A DNA stretch of 64,000 nt from Coriobacteriia bacterium (GCA_035687245.1 DASRYH010000028.1:45525-109524); one strand, 5' to 3'. Numbered from the stretch's first letter, positions 1 through 20,640 are shown. Program-made: numbers and translations. Notes: generated from the sequence alone by a model not told the origin.

Positions 1-1888
<1,888 letters not shown>

Positions 1889-1934
1889 AAGGCTACTCAG
1901 ACCTCAGTCTCTCGGTAATCAGCGAACCGGCCGC

Positions 1935-2405
1935 TTACCAGCGGTAGTGCGAGAACGCACGGTTCGATTCGGCCATCTTGTACAGGTCCTCGCGCTTCTT
2001 CACAGAAGAGCCGGTGCCGTTAGCGGCATCGAGGATCTCGCCGGCAAGGCGCTCGGTCATGGTCTTCTCACGGCGCTTGCGGGAGAAGCCGACGATCCAG
2101 CGGATAGCAAGCGTGGTGGACCGGCGGGAGTTGACCTCGACCGGAACCTGGTAGGTGGCGCCACCGACACGCTTCGGGCGCACCTCGAGGGTCGGACGGA
2201 CGTTGTCCATCGCCTTCTTGAAGACGGACAGCGGATCCTGCTGGGTCTTCTGCTCGATCTGGTCGAACGCGCCGTACACGATGCGCTCGGCGGTCGACTT
2301 CTTGCCGTCCAGCAGCACCTTGTTGATCAGCTGCGTGACGAGACGGTTGTTGTAGACGCCGTCGGGCATAACCTCACGCCGAACAGCAGCAGCACGTCTG
2401 GGCAT
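1935..2405 (-). CDS. rpsG: 30S ribosomal protein S7
   Basis: 156-aa [49 protein letters not shown]...SHYRW. Typical S7 sequence, lying between S12 and EF-G. Confidence 0.97.
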   Translation of the reverse strand: MPRRAAAVRREVMPDGVYNNRLVTQLINKVLLDGKKSTAERIVYGAFDQIEQKTQQDPLSVFKKAMDNVRPTLEVRPKRVGGATYQVPVEVNSRRSTTLAIRWIVGFSRKRREKTMTERLAGEILDAANGTGSSVKKREDLYKMAESNRAFSHYRW

Positions 2406-2514
2406 TCCGTATCTCCTCTAATCCTCAGTCATTGGGGCGTTGCATCAGCTGCAGCGCGATGCGCTGTCTGCTGAATGCCACGCGCCGAAGCAAGCCAAGC
2501 GCGAAGCGCTTGTC

Positions 2515-2886
2515 TTACTTCGGCTTCTTGGCGCCGTAGCGCGAACGAGCCTGGGCACGATTGTTCACCGCAGCGGTGTCGAGCGTGCCGCGGATGATCT
2601 TGTAGCGCACACCGGGAAGGTCCTTAACACGGCCGCCACGCACGAGCACGATTGAGTGCTCCTGGAGGTTGTGGCCGATACCCGGGATGTAGGCCGTGAC
2701 CTCGATCTGGTTGGTCAGGCGAACACGGGCGACCTTACGCAGTGCGGAGTTCGGCTTCTTCGGCGTCGTGGTGTAGACGCGCGTGCAAACGCCACGCTTC
2801 TGGGGGTTTCCCTTCAGCGCCGGCGTCTTGCTCTTGTCAGCCGCCTGCTTGCGGCCCTTGCGGACCAGCTGGTTGATGGTAGGCAA
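2515..2886 (-). CDS. rpsL: 30S ribosomal protein S12
   Basis: The ORF contains [12 protein letters not shown]...[16 protein letters not shown] prefer the TTG start at 2886 (conserved S12 N-terminus, GAAGGAG upstream) over the longest-ORF start at 2904. Confidence 0.93.
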   Translation of the reverse strand: MPTINQLVRKGRKQAADKSKTPALKGNPQKRGVCTRVYTTTPKKPNSALRKVARVRLTNQIEVTAYIPGIGHNLQEHSIVLVRGGRVKDLPGVRYKIIRGTLDTAAVNNRAQARSRYGAKKPK

Positions 2887-3061
2887 CCTAATACGCTCCT
2901 TCAATCGTTTCGAACTCTCTAAAACTCGGACGCGCGTGGACGCACGACTCCGAGCCTGAAGTCACAAAGTGGCACGATACCAAGCCCCACGAGGGCTGTC
3001 AAACGCCACGCACCCGGGCGTATCTATCCCCTGCCCGCCTCTTGGGGCCTCCGGGGAAGGA

Positions 3062-3094
3062 AACGCCCCGCCGTCATGTGCCCGGCGGGGCGTT
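3062..3094 (-). terminator. Hairpin downstream of rpoC (candidate intrinsic terminator)
   Basis: AACGCCCCGCCG / CGGCGGGGCGTT forms a 12-bp perfect stem with a 9-nt loop, 18 nt after the rpoC stop. It is followed on the minus strand by TTTCCTTCC. Confidence 0.6.
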
Positions 3095-3111
3095 CAACAC
3101 ACCTTGAGTTA

Positions 3112-7428
<4,317 letters not shown>

Positions 7429-7431
7429 GTG

Positions 7432-10944
<3,513 letters not shown>

Positions 10945-11053
10945 CAGGCGTTTCCTCCTTCAGGGATGGAGCGGCCGACAATAGTCGCAAAATAGTAGGC
11001 TAGTCAATACCCGCCTGGGCGTCAAGAGCCTGCTTCAAACAAATCACATGTGA

Positions 11054-11088
11054 GTGGGCCGGGCACCCGAATTGGGGTCCCGGCCCAC
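11054..11088 (-). terminator. Hairpin between rplL and rpoB (candidate attenuator/terminator)
   Basis: GTGGGCCGGG...CCCGGCCCAC forms a 10-bp outer stem, with an inner CCC/GGG stem. It is followed on the minus strand by ATTTGTTT. The position matches the classical rplL-rpoB attenuator. Confidence 0.5.
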
Positions 11089-11122
11089 TTCACGACACGA
11101 GCGAAACGCCCGTGTGGCGTAG

Positions 11123-11500
11123 CTACTTGACGGAGACGGCGGCGCCGGCGTCCTTGAGCTTGCCCTCGGCCTCTTCGGCCTTGTCCTTGGCAACGCCCTC
11201 GAGGACGGCCTTGGGAGCGGCCTCGACGAGGTCCTTGGCCTCCTTCAGGCCCAGACCGGTGAGCTCGCGAACGACCTTGATGACGGCGATCTTGTTGTCG
11301 CCGAAGCCCTCGAGGACGACGTCGAACGAGGTCTTCTCTTCCTCGGCGACAGCCTCAGCGGCGGCCGGGGCGGCACCCATCATCATGGGGGCGGCGGCGG
11401 AAACGCCGAAGACCTCTTCGAGCTCCTTGACGAGCTCGGAGAGCTCGAGAGCGGGCATCTGCTTAATAGCTTCGATGATCTCGTCCTTGCTGACAGCCAT
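11123..11500 (-). CDS. rplL: 50S ribosomal protein L7/L12
   Basis: 125-aa [41 protein letters not shown]...[19 protein letters not shown]. Confidence 0.97.
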   Translation of the reverse strand: MAVSKDEIIEAIKQMPALELSELVKELEEVFGVSAAAPMMMGAAPAAAEAVAEEEKTSFDVVLEGFGDNKIAVIKVVRELTGLGLKEAKDLVEAAPKAVLEGVAKDKAEEAEGKLKDAGAAVSVK

Positions 11501-11572
11501 TTCTGTCTTCTCCTTCTAGTCACGCGGCTAGGGCATCGTGCCTGCCGCACAGGGGTTCGTGCGGAAGTCGCT

Positions 11573-12094
11573 TTATGCGGCTTCCTTCTGCTTGGCGATG
11601 GCATCGAGCACCGTCGCGAACGCTCGGGCCGGACCCGCGAGAACGCGGACCGTACCGGTGAGCGGGTTCTGCATAGTACCGAGCAGCTTGGCGATGAGCT
11701 CGTCGCGCGAAGGGAGTGCGGCGATGGCCTTCACACCCTCGGCTCCAACGACCTGGTTCTGGACAAGGCCGCCCTTGAGCTCAAGTGCCGCGTGCTGCTT
11801 CTGGAACGTGGTCAGTGCCTTGGCGGGAGCAACCGGGTCCTCATCGATGAAGATGAAGGCGGTCGGGCCAGCAAGATACGCGTCCATGTTCGGCAGCGCG
11901 AGCTCGCGGATCGCGATCTCGGTCAGCGAGTTCTTGTAGATCTTGACCTCTCCACCCACACCGCGCAGAGCGGTGCGGAGCTGCTGCATCTCCTTGACGG
12001 TCAGGCCACGGTAGTCGGCCATGATAACCGCCTCGGAGGCGTTGAACCGGTCCTTGATCTCGGACACGAGTTCTTCCTTGCGAACAGTCGGCAT
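11573..12094 (-). CDS. rplJ: 50S ribosomal protein L10
   Basis: 173-aa ORF MPTVRKEELVSEIKDRFNASEAVIMADYRGLTVKEMQQLRTALR, immediately upstream of rplL. Confidence 0.95.
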   Translation of the reverse strand: MPTVRKEELVSEIKDRFNASEAVIMADYRGLTVKEMQQLRTALRGVGGEVKIYKNSLTEIAIRELALPNMDAYLAGPTAFIFIDEDPVAPAKALTTFQKQHAALELKGGLVQNQVVGAEGVKAIAALPSRDELIAKLLGTMQNPLTGTVRVLAGPARAFATVLDAIAKQKEAA

Positions 12095-12441
12095 GTACTT
12101 CCCTCCTTCCTTTTCACGCGCACGCCCGGCCTTGCTCTGTCGAGCGCTTAGGTCGGCCGTGCCAATTGCGAAGGGAGGATTCCCGTCGAAATGAACACGG
12201 CCCCCGTTGCCTAGTGAAGGCAGCGAGGGCCGCGATGCAAATTCTCATTTGCCGAACCCTTGCGGGTTCTTGCGACCACCTCGGCGGGCGGGATGAAGCG
12301 CATCCCATTACACCCGAGCACTCCTCGGGAACCGGCTGTCTTCGGCAGCGGATCGTACGCGTATTTGGTATGTCAACGCGGAGGCGTAGTCTGCACGCTC
12401 CGCCGGCGGCTGTCAAGCAGCCGTCACGCTAACCCGAGAGA
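12095..12441 (-). promoter_or_regulatory. rplJL promoter / possible ribosomal-protein L10 leader region
   Basis: 347-nt non-coding gap between rplA and rplJ; its ORFs look non-protein-like. This is where L10-leader autoregulatory RNAs lie in Firmicutes and Actinobacteria. I did not verify the structure. Confidence 0.3.
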
Positions 12442-13149
12442 CTAGCCCTCGAGAAGGTTGCGAGTGATGCCAGAGTCGACCTTGATGCCGGGGCCCATCG
12501 TAGAAGCCACCGTGATCGACTTGATGTACTTGCCCTTGGACGACGAAGGCTTGGCGCGCAGGATCTCGTCGAGCAGAGCTGCGTAGTTCTCCACCAGCTG
12601 CACCGGGGTGAACGAGACGCGTCCCACCGGCACATGGCAGATGCCGAACTTGTCGGCGCGGTACTCGACGCGGCCGGCCTTGAGCTCGCCGACGATGCGG
12701 GTGACGTCCATGGTGACGGTGCCGAGCTTGGGGTTCGGCATCAGACCACGCGGGCCGAGGAGCTTACCGACCTTGCCCACCTTCCCCATCTGGTCCGGCG
12801 TGGCAACGGCGGCGTCGAAGTCGAACCAGCCAGCCTGAATCTTGGCGACGAGGTCGTCACCACCGACGAAGTCGGCGCCAGCAGCCTCGGCCTCGCGGGC
12901 CTTGTCGCCCTCGGCGAAGACGGCAACACGGACGTCTTTGCCGGTACCATGCGGCAGCGACACGGAGCCACGGACCTGCTGGTCCGCCTGGCGGGTGTCG
13001 ATTCCGAGGCGGAAGTGGGCCTCGACGGTCTCGTCGAACTTCGCCGTCGCAGCGTCCTTGGTCAGGGTCATGGCCTCGAGCGGAGTGTAGAGGCGGTCAT
13101 GCTCGACCTTGCTCAGGGCCTCGATGCGGTGCTTTCCAGCCTTGCTCAT
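12442..13149 (-). CDS. rplA: 50S ribosomal protein L1
   Basis: [15 protein letters not shown]...; ATG at 13149 is preceded by AGGAGG. The longest-ORF start at 13197 adds 16 non-conserved residues. Confidence 0.94.
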   Translation of the reverse strand: MSKAGKHRIEALSKVEHDRLYTPLEAMTLTKDAATAKFDETVEAHFRLGIDTRQADQQVRGSVSLPHGTGKDVRVAVFAEGDKAREAEAAGADFVGGDDLVAKIQAGWFDFDAAVATPDQMGKVGKVGKLLGPRGLMPNPKLGTVTMDVTRIVGELKAGRVEYRADKFGICHVPVGRVSFTPVQLVENYAALLDEILRAKPSSSKGKYIKSITVASTMGPGIKVDSGITRNLLEG

Positions 13150-13241
13150 TGCATTCCTCCTGTGGTCGTTAGCGGGCGGATCGAACCGCCCTCCCACTCG
13201 CAGCCGATTTCTTCGGCAGCGTTACTTCCAGTGCGGACTAG

Positions 13242-13667
13242 CTAGTCGACGACCTCGACACCCATGGAGCGGGCGGTGCCGGCGATGATCTTCTTCGCGG
13301 CCTCGATGTCGTTCGCGTTCAGGTCCGGCATCTTGGTCTCGGCGATCTGGCGGAGCTGCTCCTGCGTCACCTGCGCGACCTTGGTGCGGTTCGGGGCAGC
13401 GGAGCCGCTCTCGATGCCCAGCGTCTGCTTGAGCAGAACGGCCGCCGGCGGGGTCTTCATGATGAAGTCGAAGGAGCGGTCCTCATAGACCGAGATCTCG
13501 ACCGGGATGATGGTGCCGTTCTTATCAGCAGTCGCAGCGTTGAACGCCTGGCAGAACTGCATGATGTTGACCTGGTGCTGACCCAGGGCAGGACCGACCG
13601 GCGGAGCCGGGTTCGCCTGACCACCGGGGATCTGGAGCTTGATGAAGCCCACGACTTTCTTAGCCAT
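13242..13667 (-). CDS. rplK: 50S ribosomal protein L11
   Basis: 141-aa [47 protein letters not shown]. Confidence 0.97.
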   Translation of the reverse strand: MAKKVVGFIKLQIPGGQANPAPPVGPALGQHQVNIMQFCQAFNAATADKNGTIIPVEISVYEDRSFDFIMKTPPAAVLLKQTLGIESGSAAPNRTKVAQVTQEQLRQIAETKMPDLNANDIEAAKKIIAGTARSMGVEVVD

Positions 13668-13792
13668 TGTTCGTTCCTGTTCTCACTGCGGCTGCAAGGA
13701 TCTGCACCCGCGTCATTCGTCTCATCTATCCGTTACGGTCGCCGTGAGAAGCTCCCTCCACAAGGGGCACAGCGTACCGGCCGCTAGCACTC

Positions 13793-14323
13793 TTAGACGC
13801 GCGAAACCTGTCCGAACTCCAGCTCAACCGGAGTCTCGCGACCGAAGATCGTGACCATGACCTTGACGGTCGACTTGTCGAGATTGACCTCGGCGATCAC
13901 GCCGTCGAACTCCGCGAACGGACCGGACGTGACCTTCACGGTCTGGCCCTCGGAAAAGTCTGACGTGGTCTTCTGCTTCGCGCCGGCTTCGGTCCGCTTG
14001 GTGATGCGGTTGAACTCATCACGCGAGAGCGGGACCGGCTTGCCCTGGCTACCGACGAAGCCGGTGACACCAGGGGTGTTGCGCACGACGTACCAAGACT
14101 CGTCGTCGAGCTCCATCTGAACAAGGATATAGCCCGGGAAGACCTTCTTCTCAGAGGTGACCCTACGGCCGCCTTCCTTGATGTCGGTCACGGTCTCGGT
14201 GGGGATGCGCACGTCGAAGATCTTCTCCTGCATGCCCATCGACTCGATGCGGTGCAGGAGGTTCGTGCGAACCTTGTTCTCGTACCCGGAGTACGTATGA
14301 ATGACGTACCAGCGCTTGGCCAT
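13793..14323 (-). CDS. nusG: Transcription termination/antitermination factor NusG
   Basis: 176-aa ORF MAKRWYVIHTYSGYENKVRTNL... with a KOW region GQTVKVTSGPFAEFDGVIAEV. Order is secE-nusG-rplK. Confidence 0.96.
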   Translation of the reverse strand: MAKRWYVIHTYSGYENKVRTNLLHRIESMGMQEKIFDVRIPTETVTDIKEGGRRVTSEKKVFPGYILVQMELDDESWYVVRNTPGVTGFVGSQGKPVPLSRDEFNRITKRTEAGAKQKTTSDFSEGQTVKVTSGPFAEFDGVIAEVNLDKSTVKVMVTIFGRETPVELEFGQVSRV

Positions 14324-14325
14324 CG

Positions 14326-14589
14326 CTAGGCGCCGATCTGCCTGATGAGGTGAAGCATCTCAACGACACCCCAGTCGACGATCAGCGTGAACGCGACGAA
14401 GAAGAGCAGTGTCACGATGACGACAACACTGGAGTTCAGCACTTCCTGGCGGTTCGGCCAAACGACGCGGCGCATCTCTGAGCGCACGTCTTTGAAGTAC
14501 TGGCCGAGACGCGCGAAGACGTTCGGCTTGTTGGATGCGGGCTTTGCCTGCTTGGCAGGCTTGCTCACGCTATCGGCACTCGTTGCCAT
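14326..14589 (-). CDS. secE: Preprotein translocase subunit SecE
   Basis: 87-aa ORF with FKDVRSEMRRVVWPNRQEV followed by one TM helix. Its stop is 2 nt before the nusG start. Confidence 0.88.
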   Translation of the reverse strand: MATSADSVSKPAKQAKPASNKPNVFARLGQYFKDVRSEMRRVVWPNRQEVLNSSVVVIVTLLFFVAFTLIVDWGVVEMLHLIRQIGA

Positions 14590-14683
14590 GTCGTGTCATC
14601 CGTTTCGTTCCGGCGATACGTCGACTCGCGACGTCGCCCCTCGTGAAACATCGCGACGCAGCGCGCGCGATGGCTAGAGATTC

Positions 14684-14760
14684 TGGCAGGCCAGGAGGGA
14701 CTCGAACCCCCAACATCCGGTTTTGGAGACCGGCGCTCTACCAATTGGAGCTACTGGCCT
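14684..14760 (-). tRNA. tRNA-Trp (anticodon CCA)
   Basis: The reverse complement reads AGGCCAGTAGCTCCAATTGGTAGAGCGCCGGTCTCCAAAACCGGATGTTGGGGGTTCGAGTCCCTCCTGGCCTGCCA. It has a 7-bp acceptor stem, GTTCGAGTC T-loop, CT-CCA-AA anticodon loop and an encoded CCA. Confidence 0.9.
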
Positions 14761-14785
14761 GTTTCCTTGCCAAAGCCACTCGGTA

Positions 14786-14935
14786 CTAGCGGGTTTCCTT
14801 GTGCACCGTGTGGGTCTTGCACCACTTGCAGTACTTCTTGAACTCGATGCGCTCAGGGTTGTTCTGCTTGTTCTTGTTGGTGGTGTAGTTACGGCGTTTG
14901 CACTCTGTGCACGCCAGCGTCACCAGCGTTCGCAT
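14786..14935 (-). CDS. rpmG: 50S ribosomal protein L33 (Cys4 zinc-ribbon form)
   Basis: Not in the ORF track because it is under 60 aa. My translation: [49 protein letters not shown]. Its position upstream of tRNA-Trp-secE-nusG is classical. Confidence 0.9.
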   Translation of the reverse strand: MRTLVTLACTECKRRNYTTNKNKQNNPERIEFKKYCKWCKTHTVHKETR

Positions 14936-15052
14936 GGGTCCTCCTCAAAGACCGCGCTTGATCCCAAAGGTGGCGTGGGCGCGGTAGGGTACTGTAGCAC
15001 CCTGTTTTCAGCACTGTCAAACCGCAGACCGCCTGCTTGGAGGCGGCGAAAC

Positions 15053-15078
15053 GGGGCCCGACGCAGTCGTCGGACCCC
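15053..15078 (-). terminator. Hairpin downstream of tuf
   Basis: On the minus strand GGGGTCCGACG-ACTG-CGTCGGGCCCC is followed by GTTTCG. It lies 28 nt after the tuf stop. Confidence 0.5.
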
Positions 15079-15105
15079 GCCTTTTCGCACTGTTTGGAAC
15101 TCGAA

Positions 15106-16290
<1,185 letters not shown>

Positions 16291-16432
16291 CAGTCTCCTC
16301 CTTCGGGGACCTCATCGACGATCAGTCGGCCTTTCACGCCGTCTTCCCGTCTCACACACCTGCATCTTATGAAGGTGTCATCTCTACAACTACTGTCCTC
16401 TTGCAGCGCCGCATGCGCGACGCGTAGTGCCG

Positions 16433-16509
16433 TGGTAGCGGTGGCTGGACTCGAACCAGCGACAACTCGGGTATGAACCGAGTGCTCTGACCAACTGAGC
16501 TACACCGCC
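16433..16509 (-). tRNA. tRNA-Met-type (anticodon CAT; elongator Met or lysidine-Ile, not initiator-like)
   Basis: The reverse complement reads GGCGGTGTAGCTCAGTTGGTCAGAGCACTCGGTTCATACCCGAGTTGTCGCTGGTTCGAGTCCAGCCACCGCTACCA. The anticodon stem lacks the three consecutive G:C pairs of initiator tRNAs. Confidence 0.88.
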
Positions 16510-16552
16510 TCGAGACATCCGGCCGCTTAGATCACGGATGTTCGTGAATAGG

Positions 16553-16628
<76 letters not shown>

Positions 16629-16666
16629 ATGATACAAGCACGCACGAGCGCGTGCCGGGTTCGCGA

Positions 16667-16751
16667 TGGTGGGGGCGCATGGATTCGAACCATGGTAGGC
16701 GTAGCCAACGGGTTTACAGCCCGTCCCCTTTAGCCACTCGGGCACACCCCC
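16667..16751 (-). tRNA. tRNA-Tyr (anticodon GTA, long variable arm)
   Basis: The reverse complement reads GGGGGTGTGCCCGAGTGGCTAAAGGGGACGGGCTGTAAACCCGTTGGCTACGCCTACCATGGTTCGAATCCATGCGCCCCCACCA (85 nt). Confidence 0.9.
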
Positions 16752-16923
16752 AGTTGCGAAAAACAAGAGCTACTGTGCGCTTTTCAAGTTGCACGCCGAA
16801 ACAAGCCGTCTCGGCAAAGCGAGGGGGATAGTACGACACCGTCTCCCTGCGTGTCAACGACTGCCACGGTGCCGGGCGTGCCCATACTTTCGTGGGTGAA
16901 CGCGGAAACGTTTCGGTACGGGA

Positions 16924-17337
16924 CTAGCGCCCCAAGCGCTCGTTCGCGACCCTCAGGCGGCGGCTCAGTACTTCGAGCAGCTTGATCGCGATCGACGGGT
17001 GCTTCTCCAGAAGCGACCGGAAGTCCCAGCTGGAGAGCATCAAGCACTGAGTGGCATCGATGGCTCGAATCGTAGCAGAGCGCGGAGCCTGGTCGAGCAG
17101 TGACATCTCGCCGAAGAAGTCCCCGGGGCCGAACGCACCGAGCGACTTGCTGTCGCGCAGAATCTCAACGCGCCCGTCGAGAATCATGTAGAACGCCTGT
17201 CCAGGCGTTCCCTGAGTCACGATTATCTGCCCCGGCTGGAAGAACGCGTCTTGGGCCGCGGTGGCGATCGCCGCGATCTCTTCCGGAGTGCAGCTCGAAA
17301 AGATCGGGACCTTCGTCAGAAACGCTTCATGGGCCAC
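16924..17337 (-). CDS. Stand-alone cyclic-nucleotide-binding (CAP-effector) domain protein
   Basis: 137-aa ORF with the phosphate-binding cassette FGEMSLLDQAPRSATIRA. No output domain follows it. Confidence 0.8.
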   Translation of the reverse strand: MAHEAFLTKVPIFSSCTPEEIAAIATAAQDAFFQPGQIIVTQGTPGQAFYMILDGRVEILRDSKSLGAFGPGDFFGEMSLLDQAPRSATIRAIDATQCLMLSSWDFRSLLEKHPSIAIKLLEVLSRRLRVANERLGR

Positions 17338-17457
17338 TTCCGGTCCTCCCTCATCACGTCGGCGACTGCTAGAGATGGTTGTTAGTCTAGCGCAGACACG
17401 GCGGGTGCCTATCCTTCACAATGAATCGCAGGCAGATGCCGACACAAGGAGAAGCGC

Positions 17458-19002
17458 GTGGCGATTAATCTGAGCCGCCGAAACGACAACCTGCTGCGCT
17501 GGCTTCGCGCTGCACTCATCGCGCTGGCCACCGACGTGGGCCTGGTGGGGCTGCACTTCGCGCCCGCCTGGGGCGCCGCCGCGCTCGCGCTCGTTGCTGG
17601 ACTACTCTCGCTCGCCTCTGTCGATGCCGGGGTGCTCGTGGCGGTCGGTGCGCTCGCGCTTCCGATGCTTGCCACCTCGCCGGTAGTCGGCGTCACCTTC
17701 ATCGTCCTCGCAATCGTCCTGCTCCGCTATGTGGGCTCTAACGGCGGCCAGCCGTTCTTCGTGATCGCGGTGGCGCTGGCCGGAGCCGCGTTCGGCCCCG
17801 TGTGGGCGGCCGCCGCACTTGCGGGCTACATCCTCGGCGCTGCCGAAGGCGCACTCGCTGCCGCACTCGCGGCAGCGATGGTCGAGCTCTTCGGCGTGGT
17901 CGCAGGCAGAGCAGCCATCGGCGCTACCGTCACCGGTGGCGTCGAAGACCTGCTACATCTGGCCAAGATGCCCGAGAGCCTGTTCGCAGGCGGGTGGATC
18001 TCTCAGACGTTCGGCAGCGTGTCATCGCAGACAGTCACCGGAGTGCTGACGAGCTTCGGCAAGACGGAGCACGTCGCACTGCTGATCGCGCAGCCGATAG
18101 TCTGGGCGTGCTGTGCAGTTCTGGCCGGCGTGATCGGGCATCGGCTTCGCTCGAGTAAGTCCGCGCTGGCCTTCCTCGCGCCCGCCGGTGCAGCGCTCCT
18201 GCCCGGAGCGGCCATCGTGGTGCTCGCTCCCCTGTTCGCAGCGCAGGTAGACATCAAGTCCGTAACCATGGCGGCCGTGACTTCGGCTGTGCTCGCGGCC
18301 GCCGTCGCGTGGGTATGGGACCGCGCCTTCCCCGTCGAGGTCCTTCAAGCGGCACCGCGCAAAGGAATGGCTGCCGAAGACGCCGACGTCGACGAACTGC
18401 TCAGCCTTATCGCCACGGCTGAGGAACGGCTCGCGAGCGAACACACTGTGACTGCTACCGTGATGATCACTGACATGAAGTCGTTCTCCCGAATGACCGA
18501 GGAGGACGGCTCGATGATCACCGCAAAGGCGATCCAGCGCCACCGAGACCTGCTCCTGCCAGTCATCGAGAAGCATGGCGGTCACGGCAAGTCGACTGGT
18601 GGCGACGGGCTGGTCGCCGCGTTCTCCAGCAACATCGCCGGTGTCGCCGCCGCCGCTGAGATGCAGCTCGTACTCGACGAGCACAACGTGACCCACGACG
18701 AGCGCGACCTGTCTGTACGCATCGGCCTGGCCGACGGAGAGGTCGTCCTCGACAAGAACGGCCGGCCCTTCATCGGGGCCGCCTTGAACCTCGCAGCTCG
18801 CGTGATGAACCTCGCCGACGGCGGACAGGTCTTTATGAGCGCGAGCGTGGCGAGGTCGTCGAAAGAGCAGTTCGAGCTGCACTCTCATGGCGACTTCGCG
18901 TTGAAGAACATCGCCGAGCCGGTCGAAGTCTTCGAGTTGCTCTGGGCCGAAGGCCAAGAGCCCGTCGATCCGCGAGGCGCGGCCGGCGACCAGCCTGAGT
19001 AG
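17458..19002 (+). CDS. Polytopic membrane protein with C-terminal class III adenylate/guanylate cyclase domain
   Basis: 514-aa ORF, GTG start after AAGGAGAAG. About 300 aa of Ala/Gly/Val-rich TM helices are followed by ATVMITDMKSFSRMTEEDG...GDGLVAAF...RIGLADGEVV...GAALNLAARV. Confidence 0.85.
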   Translation: MAINLSRRNDNLLRWLRAALIALATDVGLVGLHFAPAWGAAALALVAGLLSLASVDAGVLVAVGALALPMLATSPVVGVTFIVLAIVLLRYVGSNGGQPFFVIAVALAGAAFGPVWAAAALAGYILGAAEGALAAALAAAMVELFGVVAGRAAIGATVTGGVEDLLHLAKMPESLFAGGWISQTFGSVSSQTVTGVLTSFGKTEHVALLIAQPIVWACCAVLAGVIGHRLRSSKSALAFLAPAGAALLPGAAIVVLAPLFAAQVDIKSVTMAAVTSAVLAAAVAWVWDRAFPVEVLQAAPRKGMAAEDADVDELLSLIATAEERLASEHTVTATVMITDMKSFSRMTEEDGSMITAKAIQRHRDLLLPVIEKHGGHGKSTGGDGLVAAFSSNIAGVAAAAEMQLVLDEHNVTHDERDLSVRIGLADGEVVLDKNGRPFIGAALNLAARVMNLADGGQVFMSASVARSSKEQFELHSHGDFALKNIAEPVEVFELLWAEGQEPVDPRGAAGDQPE

Positions 19003-19038
19003 CGCCTGAGCCGCCGGCAGACGCCGCCCGAACACGAA

Positions 19039-19069
19039 GCAGGGCCCTCGCCTTTGACGGGGGCCCTGC
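19039..19069 (+). terminator. Intrinsic terminator of the cyclase gene
   Basis: GCAGGGCCC...GGGCCCTGC forms a 9-bp stem followed by TGCATTTTGTT, 37 nt after the stop. Confidence 0.75.
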
Positions 19070-19081
19070 TGCATTTTGTTG

Positions 19082-19157
19082 TGGAGCTGGCGGGGGGACT
19101 CGAACCCCCAACCTACTGATTACAAATCAGTTGCGCTGCCAATTGCGCCACGCCAGC
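19082..19157 (-). tRNA. tRNA-Thr (anticodon TGT)
   Basis: The reverse complement reads GCTGGCGTGGCGCAATTGGCAGCGCAACTGATTTGTAATCAGTAGGTTGGGGGTTCGAGTCCCCCGCCAGCTCCA. Confidence 0.9.
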
Positions 19158-19232
19158 GAGTACGTCCGGCGCCGAATCTCGGCCGAAAGCGTGCCTATGA
19201 TACCAGCACTCAAACCCACTCGTGGCAATCAA

Positions 19233-19288
19233 GAACGGCACGCGAACGGCGGGTTGAATCAACCCGTCCCCCCAATCGCGTGCCGTTC
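19233..19288 (-). terminator. Long hairpin downstream of sigH
   Basis: GAACGGCACGCGA / TCGCGTGCCGTTC forms a 13-bp perfect outer stem around an inner GGGTTG/CAACCC hairpin. It is followed on the minus strand by TTGATTG. Confidence 0.6.
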
Positions 19289-19303
19289 CTTTCAGGTGAG
19301 GCG

Positions 19304-19954
19304 CTAGTGCGCGCGACAGCGCTGAATCTGCGTCTCCATCTTGCGCTTCACGCGCTGCAGGGCGTTGTCGACGGCCTTGGTGTGGCGGCCCAGACGGTCG
19401 GCGATCTCCTGATAGGAGCGGCCGGCCGTGTAGAGACGCAGGACACCGGTCTCGAACGGTGACAACGCATCTACCACGTTGGTGCGGATGAAGTCCGTCT
19501 CCCATGCGCCGATGACGATCTCGGCAGGGTCGCAGACCTCGCGCGCCGCAAGGATGTCGGAGAGTAGTCTCTCGCCATCTTCGTCTGTGGTAGCCGAACG
19601 CGAAAGTGAAACGTATCCATTCAGCGGAGCGTGCTTGCGTCGCGTAGACGACTTCACTGCCGTGATGATCTGGCGAGTGACGCACAGTTCAGCAAAGGAA
19701 TGGAAGCTTGCCTGCCGAGTAGGGTCGTAGTCCCTGATGGCCTTGTACAGGCCGATCATGCCCTCTTGAATGATGTCGTCGCGATCAGCGCCGACCAGGT
19801 AGTACGAACGCGCCTTGCAGCGAATAAGGCTGCGATAGCGCTTGACCAACTCGCATGAAGCAAGCTGGTCCCCCTTTTGAGCGGCCATAACTAAGGCCAC
19901 ATCCCCGCCACGATCGCCCGGCATGCGATGCGTGGCGGGCATACGCTCGCCCAC
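19304..19954 (-). CDS. sigH: RNA polymerase sigma factor, Bacillus SigH-like
   Basis: 216-aa ORF, GTG start after AAGGGGGTG. The stretches RSYYLVGADRDDIIQEGMIGLYKAIRDYD...FAELCVTRQIITAVK...GRSYQEIADRLGRHTKAVDNALQRVKRKM are near-colinear with B. subtilis SigH as I recall it. Context is yacP-sigH-...-rpmG-secE-nusG. Confidence 0.85.
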   Translation of the reverse strand: MGERMPATHRMPGDRGGDVALVMAAQKGDQLASCELVKRYRSLIRCKARSYYLVGADRDDIIQEGMIGLYKAIRDYDPTRQASFHSFAELCVTRQIITAVKSSTRRKHAPLNGYVSLSRSATTDEDGERLLSDILAAREVCDPAEIVIGAWETDFIRTNVVDALSPFETGVLRLYTAGRSYQEIADRLGRHTKAVDNALQRVKRKMETQIQRCRAH

Positions 19955-20131
19955 TGCAACACCCCCTTGTACTGCAGCCTCGTTCTATGCGGCGCTCAGG
20001 GTTGCCGCGAACGAGAGTGAAGCGAAGCCCGCTTTGCGACCGTAGTCCTCTGTCGGTGAACGGTCAAGCGCAGATTTCCAGCAATTGGGTAGCGTAGTGC
20101 CGGCAACAAATGAGAGCTGCGCGACCCCTAT

Positions 20132-20638
20132 TCAGGACTCTCCGCGCGCCCACCGCTCAAGCACCGCGCGAGTATTCGGATCGATGCGGTCTTCTATGCG
20201 AGACGCGGAGCTTCCCGAGGGATTGCTCTCTCGCCAGTCCGCTTCGTCTATTCGCAGTTCGTGCGAGAACTCCTTCGCCGAACGGCGCGCCACGTTGTCG
20301 CCGAGCACCGTCCACTGGGTCTGCGCGTCGCTCGTGACGACGTCGGTTCGCACTCCTCGCTCGCGCGCCAAGCGCGCCAGCCCCTCGATCACGCTGTCTG
20401 CGGTGTGCCCATAGGGCGAGAAGCGGACCGTGATGCCCGCGATACGGTGAGGCAGCCCGTCTGAGTGGGGGTTGTTGCCCCCGTCGAAGACGACTGTGGC
20501 GTCCCACTCCCCTTGCGCAAACGCGGCGACGTCGTTAACGAGCGCCTCACGAGCCGACTCGAGGTCGTCTTCGGCGATGTGGCGGTAGGGCGGCGTGCAG
20601 CGGATGACGTTGTAGCCGTCGACGAGCAGGACCTTCAT
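20132..20638 (-). CDS. yacP: NYN-domain ribonuclease, YacP/Rae1-like
   Basis: MKVLLVDGYNVIRCTPPYRHI... The ATG at 20638 abuts the rlmB stop (20641); the longest ORF adds 41 unlikely residues. Synteny is rlmB-yacP-sigH. Confidence 0.75.
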   Translation of the reverse strand: MKVLLVDGYNVIRCTPPYRHIAEDDLESAREALVNDVAAFAQGEWDATVVFDGGNNPHSDGLPHRIAGITVRFSPYGHTADSVIEGLARLARERGVRTDVVTSDAQTQWTVLGDNVARRSAKEFSHELRIDEADWRESNPSGSSASRIEDRIDPNTRAVLERWARGES

Positions 20639-20640
20639 GG

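Noticed and set aside
17401-17425. TTCACAA / TCACA half-site in the cyclase-CNB intergenic region (possible Rex or CRP box).
   Set aside because: The partner half-site is missing: GGTGCCT instead of TTGTGAA, or GGTGC with the wrong spacing instead of TGTGA. The adjacent CNB protein also has no DNA-binding domain.
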